Origin: Diplonema japonicum | Lineage: Eukaryota; Protista; Euglenozoa: Diplonemea | NCBI GenBank assembly: GCA_964019335.1 | Contig: OZ025729.1 | Coordinates: 1 to 64,000 of the forward strand | DNA length: 64,000 bases | Direction: 5' to 3' | Translations under genes and position numbers: made by a program | In this document: piece by piece, positions 11,416 to 22,965 of the stretch | How positions within the stretch are numbered: the first letter of the stretch is position 1 | Layout of the letters: each line of letters begins with the position of its first letter | The notes under the pieces: generated by a model | Told to the model about the DNA's origin: nothing | The model's database searches: none | The model's input: the letters and a program-made list of their open reading frames with translations, nothing else

Positions 11416-12930
11416 TTACAACACGGTGAATGCGCTCAACAAAGCAACCAAAACAAGGGACGCACTCAAAGCACTAGCGGAGCCTGAGAGTTCCATAGGC
11501 GCGGGCTGCTGGGGCACGGGGGCGGGGGCAGGGGTCACCGGCTTCTTACAGATCTCATCGTAGTTACAGCCCGTAGAGTAGGGGTACGCCTGCTTGATGT
11601 CCGCCACGCTGCAGAAGTCAACGTCTGTAGCAGTCCCGCAGCGGGGCCACTTGATGTGGTACTCGTTGTGGCGCAGGCCGACCTTGTGCGATGTGGCGTT
11701 GGTGGTGTCGTCAGTGCACTCATGCAGGATCAAGTTGATGTTGGCACCCATGGGGGCAATCTCAGATGTTTTCCACTGCCTCTTCTCAGCCTCGGTCCAC
11801 GCCATGTCAGGCGTGGGGTTGACACCGTCCTTGAAGAGCCCCAGCGCAGTGACCATAGGCATGATGGTGTCCGAGTGCCCGAACCTGAAGTTCGCACGGA
11901 TGGCGTTGTCGCCAGCGACACGACCGGAGATCTCGCTGATCATCTCAGAAAAGAGGGGGCAGGCGAGCCTGTCGTAGTAGGACGACCCGTAGCCTGTCTC
12001 GTGGTACTCGGACATGTCCTTGAGGAAGGCGTACATTGCGAAGTCGTCGTTGCTGAAGACGTCGCAAGCGTTGTTGGTGTACTTCTTGAGGATGATGGAC
12101 TCGTACTGGCACACCTTGTAGAACAGCTTGACGTCCTTGTGGGTCATCTCCTTCACGGTCTCGTTCCACTGGAGCGCGTCAACGACACGGGGGACAACCT
12201 CCGCAGTTATGTTGGCGTCCTCGAAGATGTCCTCGTAGGTGTTGGCGGGGTGGTCGTCGTTCCCGTTCACAAGCACCTCGTACCCAGCGCAGTTGTCGGT
12301 GGGGCGAAGGACCTTGTCGCCATCAGAGATGGTGAGGTCGTCGTTCCAGTCGGTGTTGCCGTTCCACACGACAGCCATGTGGACAGCCTCAAGGTCGTTA
12401 GGGCCGAGCTTACCGGTGCCAGAAGCCTGCTGGACGGCGGCAAGGGAGAATGCCGACGCGGAGGAGCCTGTGCGGGTCTTGTAGGTGTGCTGGAACTTGA
12501 CCTCTGCCGGGTTGTACTCCCCGAAGTTGAGGTCGGTATTGAACTCATCGAACATCCTGGACCCCATCCCGTACAGCTCCTCGCGGCCCGTGTCCACTAG
12601 CTGGTCGAAACGGTTCCTGGGGAACGGGTTCTCGTAGTTCCTAAGGAACTTCAAGCTGTCCTTGTTGATGGCGTGGCCGTAGTCCTTCATCAGCTTCGCA
12701 AAATCGTCGAAGTCCTCCGCGTCAGTGTACCTGGAACCATGCCTCCCCACATGCTGCATCATGATGGGCTTGCAGGTCTGGCCGTTGGAACTAGGAGGTA
12801 TGTAGGTCCTCGCCTTGCCCCAGTACGGAGTCTTCGTCCCCAAAGGCCATGGAGTAGCCATGGTCGGCACATTCACAGGCTGCCCTAGTGACACCATTGC
12901 GGTGCTTGCAAAGAGAGCTGCTTTTAACAT
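11416..12930 (-). CDS. Secreted/GPI-anchored histidine acid phosphatase (MINPP1/phytase-like)
   Basis: Signal peptide, RHGSRY catalytic motif, FGHSDTIMP (MINPP-type GHAET equivalent), PMGANI, and a GPI-signal-like hydrophobic tail. Confidence 0.9.
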   Translation of the reverse strand: MLKAALFASTAMVSLGQPVNVPTMATPWPLGTKTPYWGKARTYIPPSSNGQTCKPIMMQHVGRHGSRYTDAEDFDDFAKLMKDYGHAINKDSLKFLRNYENPFPRNRFDQLVDTGREELYGMGSRMFDEFNTDLNFGEYNPAEVKFQHTYKTRTGSSASAFSLAAVQQASGTGKLGPNDLEAVHMAVVWNGNTDWNDDLTISDGDKVLRPTDNCAGYEVLVNGNDDHPANTYEDIFEDANITAEVVPRVVDALQWNETVKEMTHKDVKLFYKVCQYESIILKKYTNNACDVFSNDDFAMYAFLKDMSEYHETGYGSSYYDRLACPLFSEMISEISGRVAGDNAIRANFRFGHSDTIMPMVTALGLFKDGVNPTPDMAWTEAEKRQWKTSEIAPMGANINLILHECTDDTTNATSHKVGLRHNEYHIKWPRCGTATDVDFCSVADIKQAYPYSTGCNYDEICKKPVTPAPAPVPQQPAPMELSGSASALSASLVLVALLSAFTVL

Positions 12931-13020
12931 GGTTTTGTTTTTTTTTTTTCTCCCTTTTGTCGAGAATCTGTGAAGGGGAGTTTTTTTTTTTTTTTATTTT
13001 TTATTTTTTTTATTTAATTC

Positions 13021-13495
13021 GAGCCGGGTTTTCAAGGGTGGGAGTGAAAATAATATTTCACTATATTCACTCACAGCTTATAGAAATAAGGCCCAGGAGT
13101 GACATAATGTACAGAAGTGATATAATGTTACATTATGTCACTCCTGCACCTATTTTAAGCCAAACTCCTTAGAAACACAGAAAACTATGGGAAGAAAGCC
13201 TAAGGCGATGGGGAGGATTACACGTCTCGGGGGTGCTAGTCAGTCTGCCCAACCCATCCCAGAATCAAGATTCTGCAGTGGGCCCCCGCATCCACCATAC
13301 ATGCAACCTCAGATGGTTCCGGCGGTAGCGATGCACAGGATAAGCAACATCAACATTAATGTTAAGACTGAACTGGTAACTTGAAACCCCCTTGTAGCTT
13401 GTAATACCCAACCTTTTTTGCTGCCTCTCAGTTTTGATTTCTTCTTGTGACGTGTGCCCTGCACCTGTAACCTCCCACCCTTTCAAACCCGGCTC
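13021..13495. mobile_element. Non-autonomous TIR element (MITE-like)
   Basis: gagccgggttttcaagggtgggag (13021-13044) is the near-perfect reverse complement of ctcccaccctttcaaacccggctc (13472-13495). The flanking tatttaat/attaaata extends the symmetry. Confidence 0.7.
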
Positions 13496-13513
13496 TTATT
13501 AAATAAAACAACA

Positions 13514-13702
13514 TATTAAATGAAAATAAGTGCATTATTTCACTTGTGGTGGCGGGTTTAACTCGAAATTATTACCACACTCGCTACGCTCGTGAAGTAA
13601 TTCGGATCTTACTACACTCGCTTCGCTCGTGAACTAAGATCCCTACTCGTTAAACCCCCTGCCACCACGCGTGAAATAATGCTATCTTATTTTCATTTAA
13701 TA
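13514..13702. mobile_element. Palindromic MITE with about 50-bp imperfect terminal inverted repeats
   Basis: tattaaatgaaaataagtgcattatttcacttgtggtggc pairs with gccaccacgcgtgaaataatgctatcttattttcatttaata. Two internal actcgct(a/t)cgctcgt motifs. Confidence 0.8.
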
Positions 13703-13953
13703 AATAGTTATTTCCTTTTGTTAGATCGGTGTTTTTCAATACTTCTTTTAAAAGGGGGGGTGTAGTCTTTTGTTAAAAACGAGGGAAAATAGTGGGGGGG
13801 GCATGGTTTCTTTAAGGTTTTAAGGAAAAAAAAAAGGAAAATTGAAATTAAAAAACTGGAAAGAAAAAAAGAAATAGGAAGGAGGGACACTGTATTTTCT
13901 TTCTTTTTTTTTTCTTCCCTGTTTTGTTTCCTCTTATTGCGGTGTAAAACAAC

Positions 13954-13983
<30 letters not shown>

Positions 13984-13986
<3 letters not shown>

Positions 13987-14641
13987 CTTATTCAACATTT
14001 TCACCCTCACGATTTCGATGGGTGTTATCAGCATGTGGATCCCTCCTCCGGGTGCTGTCGGCTTCAGGACCGCCCGGTCTATCGCATCCATTCCGGAGAC
14101 AACCTTTCCGAAGACGGCGTAGCCCGTGGGCCGTTGCGACCCTTGCTGCGCGTTGAGGTTGCCGTTGTTCTTGATATTAATAAAGAACTCAGTAGAAGCA
14201 CTGTTAGGGTCGTTCTGCAGAATTTTGTTTTTTTCTTCTCCCCCCCTTAAAAAAATGCACACCGTCCTTGCCATGGAAATAGTTCCTCTGTCATTGGGGA
14301 GATTCGCCTCAAGTTTGATAGGTGAATAGGGTGGCTTCCTATGTTGCCCGTCCATGTCCCTGCCGCCACCTTGCAGCACAAACCCTGGCTCTGCCCTGTA
14401 GAACACGCACCCGTTGTAGAAGTGCTTTCGGATTAANNNNNNNNNNNNNNNNNNNNNNNNNNNNNNNNNNNNNNNNNNNNNNNNNNNNNNNNNNNNNNNN
14501 NNNNNNNNNNNNNNNNNNNNNNNNNNNNNNNNNNNNNNNNNNNNNNNNNNNNNNNNNNNNNNNNNNNNNNNNNNNNNNNNNNNNNNNNNNNNNNNNNNNN
14601 NNNNNNNNNNNNNNNNNNNNNNNNNNNNNNNNNNNNAATGC
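13984..14641 (-). CDS. Cyclophilin-type peptidyl-prolyl isomerase (partial; spans an assembly gap; 48-nt intron at 14215-14262)
   Basis: FYNGCVFYRAEPGFVLQGGG, RGTISMART|NDPNSASTEFFIN and GYAVFGKVVSGMD. Removing a GT..AG 48-nt insert restores the MARTxDPNSA motif. The 5' exons are uncertain. Confidence 0.88.
14437..14636. other. Assembly gap (200 N)
   Basis: Run of N. Confidence 1.
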
Positions 14642-14705
14642 CTGTGGTACAAGGGAAAAAAAAAGAGGAGACACCTGCAGGGGGGGTGGTACGTAACTGA
14701 GGGGG

Positions 14706-14737
<32 letters not shown>

Positions 14738-14924
14738 GGAAGAGAAAAAAAAAAAGGAAATCAACAAGAACATATGTTGAAAACCCATAAGCCCCAACAT
14801 GGTGGCAAGCACCCCGAGGAAGAAGAAAGGAGGGGGAAGAGCAACGTGCTAAATCGGCACGGGAGAAATTACCTGACCTCACAAGTTCCGTAGGTCGAAA
14901 TGGTCTGTTTCCACCCGCAATTTC

Positions 14925-15745
14925 AGCGGTGCCTGCGGTGGCTGTTTGTCGCGATGGAGATGGACAGCATCTGGGCGAGAAACATTACGTGGAGAAAAAA
15001 AAAAGGGGGGTGTAAAGTATACTACTTGTACTTGTATGAACCCGCGGCGGGAAAAAAAAAAAAAAAAAAAAAAAAAAACCATTACTGCAAAATATCGGGT
15101 ATTCGACATAATGGATAACTAGCACCCGGCGAAGGGCCAGAGACAAAAAAAAGGGGGAGGGAAACATAGGTCTCTTAATTGAAGAAAGGGAATATTTTTC
15201 GGTTCTTTTTTTTTTTTTTTTTTCTTTGTTGCGGGTTGCCCTTCGAATAAAAAAGAAAAGAAAAGAAGCACCAGCCTGCACCTCCCTTTAAGTGTCCAAA
15301 AGACAGGGAACGCGAGACACGGCTAACCGATTAGAAAAGAAGAAGAAGAAAGGAACCCCCTTAGCACGAGCTTGGAAAAGTAGTTGCTTTATTGAGACGG
15401 AAAAAGATTGGAGACAGAGAGGGGGCGGTCACTTCTCACCATCTTTTTCGGGTGTGCAACAGGAAAGATTTTTTGTTACAAATATTTATCTTTCAAAAAA
15501 TGATTTTATAACTATATACAACTTGTGCCGAGCAAAAAAACTTTCGCAGCTTTTTAAAAAACCTTTTTTGCTCGTGATATTCCTGTTTTGCCGTCATGCC
15601 TGCACCCAAGTGGTTCAATAAAGCCTCGTTTCTTAAGAAATTATTTTTGATAACTATATGAAACGTTGTGCCGAGCAAAAAAATTTTTCGCAGCTTTTTT
15701 TTTTTTTTTTTTTCTCTTTTGCGTGCGAACAACAAAGACATAGAA
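14925..15745. repeat. Dispersed repeat family R2 pieces (14925-14986 and 15480-15745)
   Basis: ggtggctgtttgtcgcgat..gcatctgggcgagaaacatt recurs at about 45370-45431. gattttataactatat..acttgtg.cgagcaaaaaa..ttcgcagc recurs at about 45185-45290 and is tandemly duplicated at 15645-15700. Confidence 0.85.
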
Positions 15746-15798
15746 ATCTACGGAATACCGACACGAAGGGGAACGGTGGTTTTTCCTCTCCTTCCCCA

Positions 15799-18700
15799 TC
15801 AAAAATTCACATGTTCGATGGCCTGCTCAGTGGGGCCGATTGACCGCGCACGCTTTAGGTTCAACTCTGTACGTGCTGTTCTCAGATGTTTCGCCCGCCC
15901 ACCGGCATCCCTCGGCAGTGAGAAGGAAGAGCTGACAGCCGTGTGCCTCGTGTCAGCAGAAGACCCTTTACCTATGGGAGTGTACATAGTGGTGGAGTGC
16001 GACTGCACGTCTTCAAGATCACCAGACATGTCTTCAAGAGGTTCATCGGGGTGCGCAGTGGCCCAGGCGTCTGCTTGAAGACGCTTACGCCTACCCGACA
16101 ATATAACATAGGCTTCTGTCATAAGGTCAATGACAGCTTTGACAAGCAAGCAGACTGCAGCCAAGGTGAAAAGCATGTTCGCTGAGCGAAAGCCCCATGC
16201 ATGGCTCCCAATATCGTTTTGTTTATACAGCTCAGCCGACATGAGGATCAGCCCGCTTGCTTGCATTCCCAACGTCACAAAATCTATCATGTTGTCCCTC
16301 CCCCTTGCGTGTGGGAGCAGCTGCGATTCGGCGACAAACAGCACCATGAAGATCAAGGCCATCGCGAGCTTCACATGCCCGCACCCTGTGAGGTCATCTG
16401 TTTGGATAGTCTGTATGCATGCCAATCCAAATGAAGCTGCGTACTCCACCACAGAGTACCACGCCACATGTTGCTGGAACCCTCTCATCACTGATGCCCA
16501 CCTGTTAACCCAATGTTCATCTTCCCCCTTGGATACCCATTCCCCCGGGCCTACAATCATGCAAAACATCTTCCCCCGCACTGGTTTCCTCTCGACGGCG
16601 TACACTGCTTTGCACGGGATATCCCTCACTATGACCCTGAACACTGCTATGGGGATCGCTATGCACACGGACAGCCCCACCAAGCCTAGCACTACCGACA
16701 TCGACACCACCTTCGCAGGGTACAAAATGAGCACCATCGAGCCTAACGCCGTGCCCTGGTACAGCCACTGGAATATGAATAGCGGTGCTGAAGGGAATCT
16801 TAGCCACCCTTGCGTGTCGAGACCCTCGAACAGTGTCGGGGCGACTTTAGAGCCGCAATTTTTGACTAAGATGAGGACGACTCTCCAGAAGGCTGCGAAG
16901 CCCAAGATTATCAAGGTGTTGCCTATGACGGCCCCCGCAGCCTCGCTGCCCCACACGGTCATTCTCGTGGGGTGCAGTGCAAATGGGAACTTCTGCTGCC
17001 TCCCCGTGGCCGTGCACATCCCCGATATCAGCACCAACCGAGTCGCTGCCCCTGCACCTGAACCCGCGATGGCTGCCCCACCCACTACAGCACCCCCGAT
17101 GGCACCCACAGTTTCCTCCCCTGCTAACGCGGGTGCCTCCGTCTCAGGAACAGGGGTGCTAAGGACCTTGGTGGGCACAGGCACAGGTGTGCTAGGTGAA
17201 AAGGTCTCCGGTGCACTGATCCGAGGTGTAGGGGTGTCCGGCGCACCTGTCATCCCTGGTGTGGGAGCTGCTGTCGCAGGGGCAGATGTTGAAGGGGAGT
17301 TGGTGCTGGGAACAAGCGTCGTCGGAGCGGTTGTGGGGGCCGCTGCAGGTGCTGCAGTGCTTGGGATGAGGGTCGGCATCGCTGGTGCAAAAGTAGGCAG
17401 AGGCGCAGGTGCGAAAGTTGGCTGCGCAGGCATCGCAGTATTCGGGGCAGGTGTTGAAGGTGCTGATGTGCTGGGAGCAAAAGTCACAGGAGATTGTGTA
17501 ACTGGCACCGGTGTGCTCGGGGCAGAAGAGGCAGGCGAGAAAGTCACAGGTGCCAACGTTGCAGGAGCAGATGTTTTAGGTGCAGATGTGGCTGGTGTAG
17601 TTGTGTCTGGTGCTAGTGTGCTAGGCGCTACCGTGTTTGGAACAAGAGTTGCAGGAGCGGGAGTATTGGGTGCAAGTGTGTCGGGGGGGGATGTCAACGG
17701 TGCTGGTGTATTCGGTGCAGTTGTGTCAGGGGCGAGGGTATCCGGTGCAAGGGTAGCAGGGCTGAGCGTGTCTGGGGATGAGGTCACAGGGGCAAGTGTG
17801 TTGGGCGCTTGTGTGTCAGGAACGAGGGTATCCGGGGACAGAGTGTTAGGTGCTGGGCTTAAAGGAGTGGGTGTGTCGGGTGCTGGGGTCACAGGTGCTG
17901 ATGTATCAGGCACGAGGGTATCTGGTGCAGAGGTGTCGGGAACAGGCGTCACAGGTACCAACGTATCCGGTGATTGTGTGCTTGGTGCAGAGGTGCTAGG
18001 TACCATCGTGTCGGGAACGAGGGTGGCCGGAGCCGACGAATCTGGCACTGTTTATTGATTTTTTACTTTTCTCTTTTCTTATACCTGGCGTTGACGGCAC
18101 TTGCGTGTTAGGAGCCGGTGTATCTGGGGCTGGGGTGGTGGGTGCGGGTGTTGCAGGCGCAGAAGTCGCCGGTGCAGGAGTATCAGGAGCTGGGGTGGAT
18201 GGAGCAGGAGTCGCTGGTGCAGGGGTAGTAGGCGCAGGAGTTGCAGGTGCTTGAGTGGCAGGTGCTGGTGTTGCAGGTACAGGAGTTGCAGGTGCAGGAG
18301 TCGCTGGTGCCAGTGTTACGGGTGCTGGGGTTGCAGGTGCAGGGGTGGCTGGTGCTGGGGTGGCCGGTGCAGGAGTCGCTGGTGCCAGTGTTGCAGGTGC
18401 AAGAGTCGCTGGAGCCGGAGTTGCGGGTGCAGGAGTGGCCGGTGCAGGGGTTGCAGGCGCTGGGGTTGCAGGTGCAGGAGTCACTGGAGCCGGAGTGGCC
18501 GGTGAAGGGGTTGCAGGCGCCGGTGTTGCAGGAGCAGGAGTCGCTGGAGCCAGAGTGGCCGGTGCAGGAGTTGCAGGTGCAGAAGTCGCTGGCGCTGGCG
18601 TGGCCGGTGCAGGAGTTGCAGGTGCCGGTGTTGCAGGTGCAGGGGTTGCAGGAGCAGGAGTCGCTGGAGCCGGAGTGGCCGGTGCAGGGGTTGCAGGTGC

Positions 18701-19519
18701 AGAAGTTGCTGGCGCTGGCGTGGCCGGTGCCGGTGTTGCAGGCGCTGGGGTTGCAGGTGCAGGAGTCGCTGGAGCTGGAGTTGCTGGTGCAGGAGTGGCC
18801 GGTGCAGGGGTTGCAGGTGCAGGGGTGGCTGGCGCTGGCGTGGCCGGTGCAGGAGTTGCTGGTGCAGGAGTCGCTGGAGCCGGAGTGGCTGGTGCAGGAG
18901 TTGCCGGTGCAGAAGTCGCTGGTGCTGGGGTTGCGGGCGCAGGGGTGGCCGGTGCAGGGGTAGCTGGAGCCAGCGTGTCGGGAACTGGAGTGGGTGGCAA
19001 ATAGGACTCAATCTTAAAGTGCTCGTATATGACATCACCCCCATTGCCACCCACATTTGTGTTAATCTTCGTGAACCCTGAAGGCGAGGCCTGGTTTGAC
19101 CTCACTGCCCGTGTATCTGTGATGTAGCGCTCGAACTTGAAGGAGCCTGTCTGGATGCAGATGTAGATGCAGTTCCCGCTCGCACCGTCGTTGAGGTTGG
19201 CACCTTTACGGGTCCAACCTGATGGACAGCTGGGTGTACAAGAGCCTGCACTCGCAAAACTGATATCAATCACCCTGTTAGGCCCCCCAGAGCCCCACAC
19301 ATACGTGGCGTACTTGCTGCAGAAGTGGATGTACTCGCCGCCTGCGTTGTCGTTAAGGTCGTAGTTATCCCGCACGTACCCAGACGGGCAGCCCACGCTG
19401 GAACTGCCGCCAGAGACAGATGTGAAGTCAACTAAGTACGTGATGGTGGGAAGCACGGCGCCAACAGGCGATACCATCAGCAGCAGCAGCAGTCCGCACA
19501 CCACTGCCAGCTGCGTCAT
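15799..19519 (-). CDS. Surface receptor-like protein: signal peptide, MABP-like beta-prism domain, (TPAPA)n mucin-like stalk, about 7-8 TM C-terminal domain; two exons (19519-18085, 18047-15799)
   Basis: Motifs CPSGY..DLNDNAGGEYIHFC and CPSGW..NLNDGASGNCIYIC. 15-bp repeats at about 18100-18990. Removing the 37-nt GT..AG intron at 18048-18084 joins ORFs 17996..19552 and 15799..18048 in frame (STP-V-PDSS). Confidence 0.88.
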
Positions 19520-19633
19520 CTTCACCTGTTCTACAGCCATTAAAACTAGCAAGCGAAAGAGATACTACTTTTTTTTGAACGAAGGTAATAATTACAACAC
19601 AGGAAAGGATAACAAAAAGAAATGAAACATAAT

Positions 19634-22600
19634 CTAATGCAGTGCGGGGCATGGCGAGGACGGGAGCACCGGGACCGCTTCTGTTTGAAGCTGAACGAGA
19701 TGGGGGCCGAGGCGCATCGTAGTGTCGAAGGCGGGGGAGGTGACGAGCATGGAGCCATCAACGTGGGCAATGACAGTGCCTAAGGCGGTGGGGTGATCCG
19801 GTAGTGTACAAATCACAGAACAGCCAATTGGGAAGCATCCCGAAGGTGAACCCGACTGCCCACGTGCGAATGGACCGCGCAGCACAACATTCGACGGCAA
19901 GAACAGCCTGACATACCCACTGTCTAGCTCTACCACGGTACACAGCATGCCTAGGTCAACATCTTTAGTGTGCCCTACAACAGTTCCGCCGTTGCCGTTG
20001 ATGTCCACAGCACCCTGCAGTCCGTGGATCACCACGTCAGCACCTACAGGCAAGTGGCCTTCTGGCGGTGGGTCGAGTGACTGTGCTGGTCTCCAAGGTA
20101 CCACTGCTTCCAACGGCAGCTCCTCAGCTTTGCTTTTAAACACGACGACCACCGTGGTGTCGCTGATATCCTCAACCCTGCCTGCTCGTCTCTTCCCTTC
20201 CCGCTCCCTCACAGTGTCGCCCACTGCTACCCACTCTTCTTCCTCGTTCTTTACAGCCACGATATGCAGCTGTGAAGAGGAAACAGCATGAACATCTCCT
20301 TCTACCCTCACGAGGATCTTTTCAAGACTACTCCCCACTACCACTCCACTCCTCCCTGACAGCTCAGGGTGGCTGTGAATCGACACGGCACAACCCACTG
20401 CGATTTCATCCTCGTACTTGGTAACGTTCGCCCCCCGCACCAAGAGCCGCTCTCCGCTGTTGCTGAGCAACGCAAGACACTGGCGTCCCTTTGCCTCTGC
20501 GTACCCGACGACACGGCAGAGCTTACCATTGTGCTGCGGGTGGTTGCGGAAAGAGTGGAGGACCACCTGACATCCCACGGGGTGTTCTGTTCTCGATGCG
20601 TCCGAGCTTGAGCCTTTCGACTCCACGACCTCCGAAAGAGGTTTCTTCATGGGCTGGTCCCCCCCTTCCACCCAGTCATCAGGCTCTTGCTGTTGCACTG
20701 TCGGTTTTTCACCTTCAGGCTCTGTGGGTGGTACTGTTGATTGCTCGCTTGGCTGCCGCTTGGCAAACCTTTGCATAACTCTCACCTTACTTGGGCCAAC
20801 CAACAGCTTCTCGCCGCCGCACGCTACCACTAAAGAAGGCCGTCTGCCTTCTTCTTGGTGCTCTACGACTTCGCCTTCACGTCCATTGTGTTCCGGGTGG
20901 CTCTTGAGCCCTTGTAACACCACCCACGTGCCCACAGGGACCAGTGTCGCTGCCGTACTTGTCTGCGAGCTGTGCATACTAGGGAGTTCAGGGAACTTCT
21001 TGGGCTCGACTTCTTCATCTAGCCTGGTGCATCTTCCTATGTCAACCTCGATGTCGGAGGTATCCAGCAGCGCTGACTGCGGACCTGCAACGACAAGCTC
21101 TTCTCCACACTGTACCTCCATGCACGTGGTGCCTGTGGGGCTTGTGACATGGCTTAGGACGACCCCTCGAGACATCCCTGGAACGGTGTGCAGCCACGCA
21201 GGGCGAATGGGCTGCACTTCGTTGGGGGGGACGCGTACCGTCACACCGCGAGTCGTGTGAATCGCAACCGAAGGCGATGGAAGGGAAGTATGAGATGTCA
21301 CCACACCAGCAGCACACTCGCCTGGCAGCCAGACCTCACTTCCAACAGGTGGGAGGGAGCGGAAAGTGTTCGGTGCGAGGCACCGGTGAGGGACCCACAC
21401 CCTCGCACCCGGAGGGTACAACACGTCAGTGGGCATCACATTGCTGGGGTTGACGATCAGTTGCCCTCCCAGACGAGACCCTTTCACCCCCACCACGTAC
21501 CGCGTGCTTGTGTGCCCAACCACAACACCTTGCAGCCCGTTGTACGAGGCGTTATCCTTAAGCGAGTGCAGGTGCACACTGCTACCTATTTTGCATTCAT
21601 GCAGATCGACTTTGAACCGCAGACCCGAGTGGAGGTGTGCCCTGTTCAACTGCTCGTGCATAGTAACTAGCTCCCTCATGCTGCACGTGTGTCTGACAAA
21701 AAGCTGCACGGCTGCTCTGTCTTGCTCGTCTGCGATACCCCTTAGCTTCTCGAATGCTTTGGTTTGGAAAGCGATGACCAACACTATACTAGAGGTGGCG
21801 CTCCGCCAGTCTTGCACGATGGTACGCCTGGAGGCGGCCTCGTTACTTTGCAGGAGACAGGAAGCTTCGAGGAGCAGGCGTGCAGTGTCTTGTGAAGCCT
21901 CAACGGCGATCCTGGAGCGAATCTCTTGTTTCTGCAACTGCGTGAAGATATGAGTGCGCTGCTGCTCGGCGAGGCGTGCAAACCCATCAGCCTCACCTGC
22001 CACCAGCCTTCTTCTGAAGTAAACCTCGTCGCGTGTCATGTCGGACCCATGCTTCCCGGTAAGCACACCCGACCCTTTCGGCGACGCCTCAGTCCCCCAC
22101 TCTGTCTCCTCATCCCACGACAGAGATGTCGCCACGCTGCACGGTTTAGCATTGTCACTGCTACTGCACGCCCCTACACGTGTCTTACTACCACGGCGGG
22201 GGCGGCTTTTTGGGAGGATAATGGTGGAAGCGATGGATGGGCTCTTGGCGACAGAGGCTGCATCTCCATCCCATGACACAGAAGAGGCGGCGCTGCGTGC
22301 CTTGCTGCCTCGGCGGGGGCGGGTTATTGGGAGGACGATAGTGGAGACGGCAGAGCTTTTTGGGCGGGGCGCGAAGGGGGGGAGGGAGGACGTGGTGGGA
22401 GGTATATGCAAAGGGAGCGAAACGTTGTCTTCAACTTCCATCTCCTCCTTCCTCCCCTTCCCGCCCTCGACCACCGACGGCCCGGTATCGACATGTGTTG
22501 TCATGCTCGTGGTGAGCCTGTCGGGCGTGATGGTGGGCGACACTGGCGACACCTCTATAGGACAGTGCGGCCGTCTGGGTGGTCTTCTTCTGTGAGGGTA

Positions 22601-22924
22601 TTTTGCCTTGTACACCGCTTCCATGCCTTTGAACACCACGCCGTCGTTCCTCACCCGTTGCCCTGCTGCAGCTGCGTCTTCGACTAGACCTTCGGCTGGT
22701 GCACATTCGTCCTGCAGTACTCTACCTGCTTCCTCGAGGAGCTGCTTCTGATACAACCCCACTACTTGTTTTCTTTCCAGCACGCGCTCCATCTCCCTTC
22801 TGAACCTGATCTCCTCCAAAGACGGTATCTGCGCCATTGGGCCTTCTTCCGGCTCTGTTCCATATTTGACACCAAGCGCCTCCACAGCAGCTAGTGCTTG
22901 TCCCAGCCCTTGTGGCACAGGCAT
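19634..22924 (-). CDS. Large protein with a coiled-coil region and multiple SH3/KOW-like beta-barrel repeats
   Basis: 1096-aa ORF. A G..V.(L/I).(G/S)L...P..NG..G.VVG motif recurs (GSSVHLHSLKDNASYNGLQGVVVG, GTWVVLQGLKSHPEHNGREGEVV, GCQVVLHSFRNHPQHNGKLCRVVG, GADVVIHGLQGAVDINGNGGTVVG). Confidence 0.8.
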   Translation of the reverse strand: MPVPQGLGQALAAVEALGVKYGTEPEEGPMAQIPSLEEIRFRREMERVLERKQVVGLYQKQLLEEAGRVLQDECAPAEGLVEDAAAAGQRVRNDGVVFKGMEAVYKAKYPHRRRPPRRPHCPIEVSPVSPTITPDRLTTSMTTHVDTGPSVVEGGKGRKEEMEVEDNVSLPLHIPPTTSSLPPFAPRPKSSAVSTIVLPITRPRRGSKARSAASSVSWDGDAASVAKSPSIASTIILPKSRPRRGSKTRVGACSSSDNAKPCSVATSLSWDEETEWGTEASPKGSGVLTGKHGSDMTRDEVYFRRRLVAGEADGFARLAEQQRTHIFTQLQKQEIRSRIAVEASQDTARLLLEASCLLQSNEAASRRTIVQDWRSATSSIVLVIAFQTKAFEKLRGIADEQDRAAVQLFVRHTCSMRELVTMHEQLNRAHLHSGLRFKVDLHECKIGSSVHLHSLKDNASYNGLQGVVVGHTSTRYVVGVKGSRLGGQLIVNPSNVMPTDVLYPPGARVWVPHRCLAPNTFRSLPPVGSEVWLPGECAAGVVTSHTSLPSPSVAIHTTRGVTVRVPPNEVQPIRPAWLHTVPGMSRGVVLSHVTSPTGTTCMEVQCGEELVVAGPQSALLDTSDIEVDIGRCTRLDEEVEPKKFPELPSMHSSQTSTAATLVPVGTWVVLQGLKSHPEHNGREGEVVEHQEEGRRPSLVVACGGEKLLVGPSKVRVMQRFAKRQPSEQSTVPPTEPEGEKPTVQQQEPDDWVEGGDQPMKKPLSEVVESKGSSSDASRTEHPVGCQVVLHSFRNHPQHNGKLCRVVGYAEAKGRQCLALLSNSGERLLVRGANVTKYEDEIAVGCAVSIHSHPELSGRSGVVVGSSLEKILVRVEGDVHAVSSSQLHIVAVKNEEEEWVAVGDTVREREGKRRAGRVEDISDTTVVVVFKSKAEELPLEAVVPWRPAQSLDPPPEGHLPVGADVVIHGLQGAVDINGNGGTVVGHTKDVDLGMLCTVVELDSGYVRLFLPSNVVLRGPFARGQSGSPSGCFPIGCSVICTLPDHPTALGTVIAHVDGSMLVTSPAFDTTMRLGPHLVQLQTEAVPVLPSSPCPALH

Positions 22925-22934
22925 TCTTACATGG

Positions 22935-22965
<31 letters not shown>

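Noticed and set aside
16130-19004. Long plus-strand ORFs (642 aa; silk-like GAGVA 249 aa)
   Set aside because: Antisense shadows of the TPAPA-repeat gene on the minus strand.
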